Shown here: one piece after another, positions 54,400-64,000 of the stretch
How the letters are laid out: each line of letters starts with the position of its first letter
How positions within the stretch are numbered: the stretch's first letter is position 1
Assembly: GCF_009914755.1 (NCBI RefSeq)
Contig: NC_060932.1
Reading direction: 5' to 3' (one strand)
From: the human T2T-CHM13v2.0 reference genome, Homo sapiens
Length of the DNA stretch: 64,000 nucleotides
Program-made: the position numbers and the translations under genes
Notes under the pieces: generated by a model
The model's input: only the letters and a program-made list of their open reading frames with translations
What the model was told of the DNA's origin: nothing
Databases searched by the model: none

Positions 54400-54579
54400 C
54401 TCTACAAGTTGGCATTACTCCACTCCATGTGCCATTAATTGTACAAGTCCTGATTCTGGAGCCATTCAATTCCATCGTGTAGCCTGGCTGGCACATGTAA
54501 GAAACATTTTGTCCAACCACATAATCATCTCCATATCTCAGTCCATTGGCTGGTATACCTGGGTCTCCACAACTGATTA
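54400..54579 (-). CDS. CSMD3: CSMD3 coding exon (probably exon 60), one Sushi/CCP domain
   Basis: 180 nt, phase 1/1, cag|TAATC...AGAG|gtatga. Translates [59 protein letters not shown], with 4 Cys and the conserved Trp of Sushi domains. Confidence 0.96.
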
Positions 54580-55399
54580 CTGTCAGTATTGGATTAGAAG
54601 AGCAGATGGTTAATGAGGCATGTATTTAATGGAGAGGAGTAGTAAGCATATGGCATACTTAATATATAAGCAGGAAAATTAGTTATCGTGTTCATTTTTA
54701 ATCATAAAACATAAACATATTTAAACCACATACTGGCAATTCCTGATTATGATCAGGTATGCTTATTACAGATTCTACACATATGGCTCAGAAACTGTCA
54801 CTTAGCCCCTGAAAAGGCTAGGTTAATATGCCATTATGTTGTAGTGAATTTGATGCAGTAACCTCTTCTAACCTTCACTATAAGACCACAGAGAAAACAA
54901 TCTGCAGAATCATATTTCTAACATAATATTTGAAATTCATATTCCTATATATGGCTACTGAAGTATCTAATTTATCAGGCATGCTGGATGGAGAGCATAT
55001 TTTCTGCAGTGTCACTCAGAAAGACAACCCCCAAGAAATTGCAACCTTCACTCTGGAATGTGCTTGTTATAAGAAATGCAGATGTATGAGGGGCCATCCC
55101 ATCCAAGTCCTTGACCAATACATGATGATGTTTCCAGCCCAAAATAGGGACTGTCACTGCTCTGTTCTGCCCCAAGACTCCATTAATATATCCAACTCTG
55201 ACGATCCTCACGTTTGCATCCAACCCCTAAAAGGAGGTAGGACAATAGTGCAATGTGAACCTCTCTTTACTGATGACACAATGGATGAGCTGGGTGGAGG
55301 GTGTCACGTTTTGCAGAGCAGGGATGGAAATGGGGAGGCCATGCAGGGCCAGGGGCAACAGGTTGTCAGGAGCAAAAGGTCTAGACCCATCCCAAGGAC

Positions 55400-55620
55400 A
55401 CAAGAAAGAAGGCAACAAGGCAGACTGCACATGAGCAGAAGCTCCAAGCCCTCAGAATATGCTGCACTGTTCCAGTGGACTTCAATTACAAAATGTTAAT
55501 TTGAAGATAAAATTATTAAGAATTTTGAGATGGCTATCACAGAGCATTAAACTCTAAGCACAAGACTCTTCTGAGCATGAGATCCTATGAGTTGCACTGA
55601 TCTCATGCCCATGAGTGTAA
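55400..55620 (-). mobile_element. hAT-Tip100 DNA transposon remnant (MER115/Zaphod-like)
   Basis: ggacttcaattacaaaa...aagataaaattattaagaattt...cagagcattaaac...gcccatga matches the recalled terminus in reverse. Confidence 0.6.
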
Positions 55621-57878
55621 GTGCACACATAATATTATCGTTTCTTTATAATGCCAGCCAAAATGTTTCAGAAAGACTTGAGACAGCTTAGAAACACAAA
55701 TAACAATTTCATTAAAAATGTATTTTGATTAAATACAAACATAAGATTCAAACACTACAAAGATTATATATGTCACACAAGTGATAACTGTTTTGAGGCA
55801 CAGGATTTAAGCTTAATTTGGGCAGCGAATTGGCTAAAAAACTTTCTACCAGCTAAGAAAACGAAAACTACAAGTTACACTTTATTTTCTGGAGATAAAA
55901 AACATGTAGTATACTTAACATGCCTTTTAGTCTGCTAAATCTTTTGGTTCATAAAAGGGTAATTTCTCCAGGTAAATCTGGGTTATTTTTTTTCTCTCTC
56001 TCTCTGTCTACTCCTCTTTCTGTCTTTTTTAAATTCACTTTTCCCAATATTTTGGAGATTCAGGATTAAAGATTAAGAATGAATTAAGGCATGGAAGACC
56101 TTAAGAACACCTTAGTTACATTGTATTTATTATGTTATCATTAAGAATGATTAATGTCAAGATTCCTTTCATATTCTATTCTGTTGATTCTAAGAAGTTT
56201 TAGGATTATGAATAATGGCATTTAAATTAAACAACATCATTCAGAGCATTCAACCTCATAACTTTTGGAGCCCTTAAAACAGTTCGATGAAATTAAACTG
56301 TTTGAGTGTTTCTTTCTCAATAATAATAGAGTTTTATATTCAGGACTGCTTTCCTTCCTATGATTATTGGGGAGTAAAAAGATTTTTTTTAATGATACAA
56401 CTGAGTTGGATAGAAAATCAAATAATTCTACTCATGTACCGACAATACGTCATCTCTTTTTATAGTTTAAAAATTTACAAGAATGTAAAAATGAGTATAA
56501 GCCTTCAATTTATTATTTTATTTTATTTTATATTTATAACCAAGATTTTTAATTAGGAAGAGGAAATTAAAGAGAACACCTATAAAGTGTTGTTGTTTTC
56601 TGGGCAGTGCTTTCCAGACTGCATTAGAATCTTGGCAAGGAGAAATAGCCAGCCTGGTCACAGGGCACATGAGCTGAGATGCGGCCACCAAAAGAGAGGA
56701 CAGAGCGTTTATTTTACAGATGCACGAAGAAAGAGTTCTGCACATCATGGCACCACCATGAATGAAATGCGTGACAACAAAAGCTTTAGAAGGGTTTGTT
56801 TGGTGACTTCCTAATGAAGCAAAGGCTAGTCAAAGAGGCAGTTTCCAAGAGCAACAGTCTTTGTAAACAGCACCTGCTCTGCAAGTCAATTCATTCACTA
56901 CCAGCTTGTTTTCAGAGACAACCAAAAAAAAAAAGGCTTTTGGTTTTTTCAGGAAAAAAACCTTAGAATAGTAGCTCTTTAGTGCTTCACCCTAAAATTC
57001 AGCGATATCATTGTATGACAACAAATTCAGAAATACCATTGCATAATAAGAAGATCATTGACCTTCTTAAATACCCATCTCTCTCACACAAACACACCAA
57101 TAAACTCCATAAAGGCAGATACTTTGACTCTTGTATGCTATTTTCTTAAGAGTCTCATCTAGTGTATGACTCATCATAAGAGATTAAATATTTGTTTGAA
57201 GGATAAATAAATGAATGAGTACATAAAGGAATCATTAAGTTGTCAGCTCAAATTCTCAAAAACACATAAATTATTTGAAAGGTCTGAATTTGTTTTGTGG
57301 GAGGCTTCTCAATATGTAATTGATGCCCATCTGGCATCATTTATGATAAATCTAAGTAAATAACCTCTATGCTACAAATAAAACATAATTGTGGTAATTC
57401 TAGTCAATCTATGCCGCTTTAAAACTACTTTCTCTTTTAACTTCTTATACAAGCATTGTAAATGTGCATTTTAAAATAAAATAAAGTCACATTACTTTTT
57501 TCACAGGATTCACTTTTTTATTCAATATCTAATGGATATTTTTGCATGTAACTATTAATATACATAGACATGCATAACATTTTTAATGGCATATTAATCC
57601 CATGCAATATAATTTATGCAACCAAAGACCTATGGACTGGTGTTTGAGTTATTCCACTGCTTTTCTGTTACAGACAATGCAGCAACGAAAATGCTTGCTT
57701 GAGCATCATTACATATGTATGTGCTCTGCCATACTTCTAGCTTCAAGCCCAGAACAGAGTTCTACTGTAGCAAAATGAAGTTCCAGAAAGAATGGCTAAA
57801 CCATTCCTCTCATAATGCTTCTGATTTTACACAATCTCCACATTCAAAAAGTTGGTTTCTTCTTTAGATCTCAAAAGG

Positions 57879-58106
57879 CAGGGTTTCTCTACCTTAAGCT
57901 TGACCCTATTGACATTTTCAGTCAAACAATTCTTCGTTGTGAGGGGCTGCTCTGTGCATTGTAGAATGTTCTGCAATATATCTCTGGCATCTGCCTGCTA
58001 GATCCAAAAGCACCCCCTGCCCCTGCACTGTGACAATCAAAAAGTATCTTCAAACATTTCCAAATGTCCCCTGGGAAGCAAAATCCTCTCTAGTTGAGAA
58101 CCACTG
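57879..58106. mobile_element. MER20 (hAT-Charlie)
   Basis: cagggtttctc...ctattgacattt...gtgcattgtagaatgtt...tgtgacaatcaaaaa...caaatgtcccctggg...gttgagaaccactg, with terminal inverted repeats. Confidence 0.88.
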
Positions 58107-59328
58107 TGCTGAGGAATAGCTCTCACTCCTTGAGGAGATTTAGATTATTTTTTATCTGCGCTCAGTTTTATGCTGGGATATCCCCAGCCCTCTCTTTTGT
58201 AAGACTAACCCCATCTTCCTGATCTGTCCTCTGTTAGAAAAACATCTTTGAGAATTTTCAGATTTGTGACAAAAATTCAGTCAGGGGCATTTCGATAGGT
58301 GGCTATTTGGAAAAGGAAGCCTTAGATTCATTTATCACCTGGACCTGATTAAAGATGGTGTCCTTAGCCCAAAGGAACAAGACTTCCCAGATGCAGGATG
58401 TTGGGGGTTGGTCCTTTTGGACGCAGAAGTCCAGTCAGTTTTCTAAAAATATCATCCAAGAAAATGAATAAGCACATGTCTTTTCAGACCAGAAAGCTAA
58501 TTCTTACTCTACTTGGCAAGCCCTGTCTCAGCACTGTTTGTGTCTTCTTCCCAAAACACCATATGCACTCTGTGTATGATGGGCTCTAGGTAACAGAGGT
58601 GGTACTGCCTGTTAGACATTGAAAGCTAAGGATCCCCTTATAATTAATATCCCAAAACATTTTGTACTGACAAAAAAATGTAATTTTGAAAGAGTAATTA
58701 CATGTACTTATTATATCTTCTCTCTCTGTCTGAACATCATAGAAAATAACTTCACTACATTTTAAATCAAGGAATTGATTTGAGCGATCTGGTATTATGC
58801 CAAATATCTTTTTCTTCTAGTTTGGTTAGCTCTGTGCATGTTTCTTCACACTTATAATCCCTCTGTCAAAGTGTGCATAACATTTTAATGCATGATCTTG
58901 ATTTCAAGATACAATATTTTACCCACCCAGGAGGCAACTAGTTATTCTGAGGAAACTTCTCCTTCCACCACTGGTAGTGGGCTTAATGAGGACATGTCTG
59001 GAGTTAGAAACAATGAGTGTTGGGAAAAGGGAAAAGATTTTGCTTATGAGGCATACTTTTAGAGATAGATTAATTAGACTTGCAATTTTCCAACTCACGT
59101 ATAGTCTGAAGCCGGTTGAATAACAGCAGGTAGAATTTAGATGAGTAAAAGTTTATGCTTTTACCAACATCTCTACTATGGCCAAGCATAGGGGATTGGA
59201 GACCTTACCATTATTATTAAATCACATTTATTCCAAAGATGTTTCTAAAATCATTGAAATGAACAAGGCAAATCACAGCTGACACATTTCCACATATAAT
59301 TGAACTAGAATTTCTAAAAAACAGAGGG

Positions 59329-59332
<4 letters not shown>

Positions 59333-59398
<66 letters not shown>
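59333..59398 (+). repeat. Pure (GT)n microsatellite, about 33 units
   Basis: Visible uninterrupted run. Confidence 0.95.
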
Positions 59399-59402
<4 letters not shown>

Positions 59403-60544
59403 GCTGGACAATAGAGCAAATGAAAAGGTATAGTTGCAAATAACTCCAGTGGGAAATTCTCAAAGGTAAAATTCTCAAAGGAAATTCTCAAAGGTCAAAA
59501 ATGCTTGGAATTCCAAAGTTACTTCACTGATCTGTGAAATATTAGGGAGCAGATACCTTACCGACTGAACTCTGTCTTCTCAGTTCCTAGCAAAGTGCCC
59601 AATGATAGTAGGTTTTGTTTAAATGATTTTTTATTAACTGAATCTATAAAAAATCCAGTTCCATTGTATACTCACAGTTATGTTTCTACTTTGTTTTTAA
59701 AGGTTTTTGTAAGAAAACATGCTCTAATATAAGTTAAAGATTTTTGAAAAGCTAAAAATTGGATTATTCCTCTGATTTGTCATTACTCAGGAGGAACTAA
59801 GTGCCCAAAGATAACTAGCCAAGGTAAAAAACAAAAACCTCTTAAAGTGACCAAAATCTTATAATTAAAAAGTAAAAAGAAATCCAAATAAAATTGAAGT
59901 CTTTATATTTTGTCTTTACCACATAGTTTAACTATATTTTAAGGGTATTATTAATTTTCTCAAGGGCCTCTATTCATTCTTTCATTCTCAAATCACCCTA
60001 CATTGAAATATCTATCATATAATCAATCTTGCTGATTTTCTTTCTTTGAACTGACATTGTCATAAATCTACTAGATCCTCTTTGTCAATGATTATGTACA
60101 AGATTCAACGAGCACTCTTGTTCACTTGCTTTGACTCATCACATTAAAATATCTCATCTCTTGTGAAACCTGCAGACTTATTTATTGACTTACATTATAT
60201 TTGCTTTGTACATCTGACAAAAATATCATTGATAACAAATAAATAGGAAATTGTAATGTTAAACTGGAAGTATTGTTTAGCAAAAACAAATTTTACAAAT
60301 GGTCGTTTCATTAAGAAATGATATAATTTTGCAGAATTCAAATTGGTAAATGCAGAGAAAACAGAAATTAAAAATTTTTTAGAGAAATAGGTCATAAATT
60401 AATGAGACATTTTCATATGCCTTATCACCAATGTTCTACTTATTATAGTATGTCATATACATTTGACCATTGTAGTGAAGACAGAGAATAAAGCAAGAAA
60501 ACTAAATGGAGAAAAGTACAGAAGAAGAGATAAAAGTATACTAA

Positions 60545-60780
60545 AGAACATGGATTCTTGAGTGAAATAGACTAGGGTTTAAATCTTACATTCTACAGTT
60601 ACTAGCTATGTTACCATGGAAAAGAAAGTTGTTTCCTCTCTAAGAAACCATTTATTTGAATGTGAAATAAAAAGGATAACAGTATATATCTCATAGATTT
60701 GTTGTAATAATTGAGATAATTATGTAAATCAGCACAAATCCGAACAAATGGTAAACACTCAATAACAGATACTATTATTT
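60545..60780. mobile_element. MIR
   Basis: agactagggtttaaatct...ttactagctatgttacc...tctcatagatttgttgt...tggtaaacactcaataa. Confidence 0.7.
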
Positions 60781-60835
60781 ATGAGAAGAAATAGTAATAA
60801 TTAGCATGAAAAGAATAAAGGCTTTGTTTCTTTAG

Positions 60836-61222
60836 TGCTATGGTTTTAATATCTCTTCAAAATTCATGTGCTAATTTAATCCCCAATTCCATAGTATTAA
60901 AAGGTAGGGGCTTTGGGAAGTTATTAAGTCATGAGGGCCCTCTCCCCATGAATGAGGTTAGTGCCTTCTAAAAGTGTGGGAGGGAACTATTAATAGCTAG
61001 GCCCCTTTTTGCTCTTTCACCTTCTGCCAGTCAGGGCGTAACATGCACCCCTTTTGTCATGTGAGGACACAGAAGCAAGGTGCCATCTTAGAAGCAACAA
61101 GTAGCCCTCACCAGACACAGGATCTGCTAGCACCTTGATCTTGGACTTCTCAGCCTCCAGAATTTTGAGAAATAAATGTTTGTTCTTTAGTATTTAACCC
61201 TGTCTCAGGAATTTTATTATAG
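60836..61222. mobile_element. MaLR LTR (MSTC/D or MLT1A-like)
   Basis: tgctatggtttt...catgtgaggacacag..gcaaggtgccatctt...caccttgatcttggacttc.cagcctccagaa...gactaagaca. Confidence 0.85.
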
Positions 61223-62453
61223 CAGCACAAATAGACTAAGACATTCGGGTTTTCTAAAAATTGATATCAGGATGTTGGTTTGGAAAGTTCAGCTACTTCA
61301 AATTTTTTGCATACCTCATTAATTTAATTCAAATTCATATAGTAACTGGCATACATCAAATAATTTATTTCAAATTCATATAGTAACTGGCCTATAGTAA
61401 CCATAAAATTTATATAGTCTGGGCATATAGTAACCATAAAAATTGTGTCTACAGAGGCAATTATAACACATCAAAATTTATTAAAAACATATTTACACTT
61501 GAAATTAGCCTTCTAGTGGGTATAGAGAATAACATGAATGGAAAATTTCATCTATATATGTGAAATATAGATGAAATTATTGTTTAGTGTTGAGCTCTGC
61601 CCGTAGTCAGGAAGCCCTCTAAATACGTGATGCCTGAGTTTCTTGATCTAGACAATGTGAGTCTAGGACAATTCCCAAAATAATATGATTCTACCAATCA
61701 TATATTTAAATTTATGTTCATTGCAAATGAATGAGAAGGAATCTGAAGCACTGATTCTAATTTAATTTGATTACCACATATAAACACTATCACTATGCTA
61801 GATTCTTTAATTACAGAAGTTTAGGCTGTTTTAATTTCCACTGAAACCTCTCTCTTTGTTTCTTTTTGGGGGTTTTTATTTACGCTTTTGGTTTGGATTG
61901 TTAATGGGGTGTTAGTAACTTTTTGCCTATGAAGTACATAAACTTACAAATTATCAGCTTTTAGTTTAATAGCAATTCATTGTTGAAAAGCTAACACTTA
62001 AATTATTTTATGCAATACGATATTTCTCTTTGAAGAACTGACAGAAACAAACTTTCCTTATACTTTTCCTATGTTATTCATAATCAATCTGTCTTGAATC
62101 AAATGACTTATAATTTAACATTCCTGAGGAAAAATGAAGACAATTCAATAAAAATGTCAATGTAATTTTCAATCACAAAAATAGGAATGTTTATTTATTT
62201 TTATTTCACTAAAATTGGAAGACAGCTGTAAATAAAAGATTGAGTTATTTATCCATAAATAAACAAAATTGTTATTCATTGTAAAAAAAAAATGAAAGTG
62301 TTCCTCAGCATATTTCTGTTACTCTGAACTATTTTCATTATTTCAATCTCTTCAATGACTATTATTGAAAACTTACTATATGCCAGAACCTATGTGCTAT
62401 GTTAGCCATACAGTTGTAGGCCCTATCTGCAAGTAGTTTAAAATTGAGTTGGA

Positions 62454-62795
<342 letters not shown>

Positions 62796-63179
62796 CTATT
62801 GAAGTCTGTCACCAACAATTTACTGAGTTGCTCTTATTCATCAGGTGCTATGCTCCACCATAAAGGGCCAGTGAGATAAACAGACCCAGTCATTACTGCT
62901 CTATAAAGTTTACAGTTTAGTGGTATAGGTAACATACAAAAAAAAAAAAAAAGCTATACAGTATGGAGAGATTACTTTTAGCTAAAAAGGATATGAGGAG
63001 AAAATGTCTTGAGGTGTTTTGCCAAATGTTTCACATGAACTGATACTTAAAAGGTGGATAAGAGTTTTAAAGGCTACGGTGGGATAGTGTTAAGTTGTTC
63101 ACTATTGCAAAAATGAGATATTTTCTAAGTAAGTAAGAGGAATTCAGCTTTCCTTCAACGTGGAGTAACAAGGAAGAAT

Positions 63180-64000
63180 TTACCTTCCATCTGAAAGAAC
63201 CAAAAGAAAAAAAAAAAGGAAAGAGTATATTTAAAAAAAAGAAATATTTCAAAACAATGGACATTAGGCAACAAAGCACAGTGATTCTTGAGTGACAGGA
63301 AACAAATTAGTTGAATCCCCTGATTGCCTCATCTTACTACATTAAGAGAGTTTCAAGTCTGTGGCACAGGGAAGAGGAAGCTATGCATAGCCCAGCAGAC
63401 TCCTTGAGTTGAGAAGATGGATCTGAGAGTCAAGAGAAAACTATGCAGGTAGAGTTTATGGGACATGGTACCAGAGTCGACATTGACAGAGAAATGTCTC
63501 TAGAGATATAGGAAGGAAACTCCTTAAACAGTCAGCAGATTTCTGATCAGCTCCTGAGGAAACTGCCCATGGTTTGAGAAAAAACTACCCCAAAAGATGA
63601 GATGTAACAATATCTGGAGCTGACATGGGGCCAGGAATGCCACTTGTCATACAGAATTCTATACCCAGCAAAAATATGTATTTTAAAAGGTGAAATGAAA
63701 CATATGCACACAAAGAAAAGCTGAAAACATTATCATAAGTAGAAATGGACCACAAGACAAATTTAAAGAAGTCCTTCCAGTGGAAGAAAAATAATACCTC
63801 ATGCAAGTATGTATCTACACAAAAATATTACAACACTTGAAGTAGTAATGACGTACATAAATAAGATTTGTCTTACTATTTAAATCTCTTGAAGAAATAG
63901 TTGACTAATTAAAGTTGTTTAACTACGCTGCGTGGTGTTTTGGTGTTTGTAACATTGACTAAGTAAAATGTTTGACTACAAGAGCATTTGCATAAAGAAC
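63180..64000 (+). mobile_element. Old L1M fragments (5'/ORF1-end region)
   Basis: agaattctatacccagcaaaaata...tgaagg-like and gtccttcag..gaagaaaaataatac resemble the end of L1M ORF1. Confidence 0.55.

Noticed and set aside
55122-55201. Box C (ATGATGA) ... box D (CTGA) spacing suggestive of a C/D snoRNA
   Set aside because: Antisense to the host gene, no terminal stem, and no recognisable rRNA/snRNA guide.
54930-55499. 189-aa plus-strand ORF antisense to CSMD3
   Set aside because: Non-ATG (TTG) start, no recognisable domain, and the 3' part runs into a hAT transposon remnant. Most likely a chance ORF.
55575-55608. 10-bp inverted repeat gcatgagatc...gatctcatgc
   Set aside because: Falls in the subterminal palindromic part of the hAT-Tip100 remnant.

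Overview
AT-rich human genomic DNA (a human-specific AluYb8 is present) containing the 3' end of CSMD3 (CUB and Sushi multiple domains 3) on the minus strand. I reconstructed 12 coding exons by hand (54579 down to 13758). All have GT-AG boundaries and matching phases, total 1616 nt, and are most likely exons 60-71 (numbering from memory). They encode the last five Sushi/CCP domains, the juxtamembrane region, the transmembrane helix and a cytoplasmic tail ending FENPMY...CTMV*. A ~1.84 kb 3' UTR follows, with a poly(A) signal at 11938-11943. The rest is intron and downstream sequence packed with Alu, L1, L2, MIR, MaLR/ERV LTRs and hAT DNA transposons. I found no convincing new biological system. 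The best leads are: (i) inverted Alus flank the transmembrane exon, and skipping it would give an NMD-escaping soluble isoform; (ii) an internally deleted L1PA keeps its 5' UTR and an open ORF0 homologue just past the CSMD3 3' end; (iii) several unexplained intronic hairpins or palindromes; (iv) a young AluYb8. Repeat subfamily names come from recalled consensus sequences and need RepeatMasker/Dfam confirmation.
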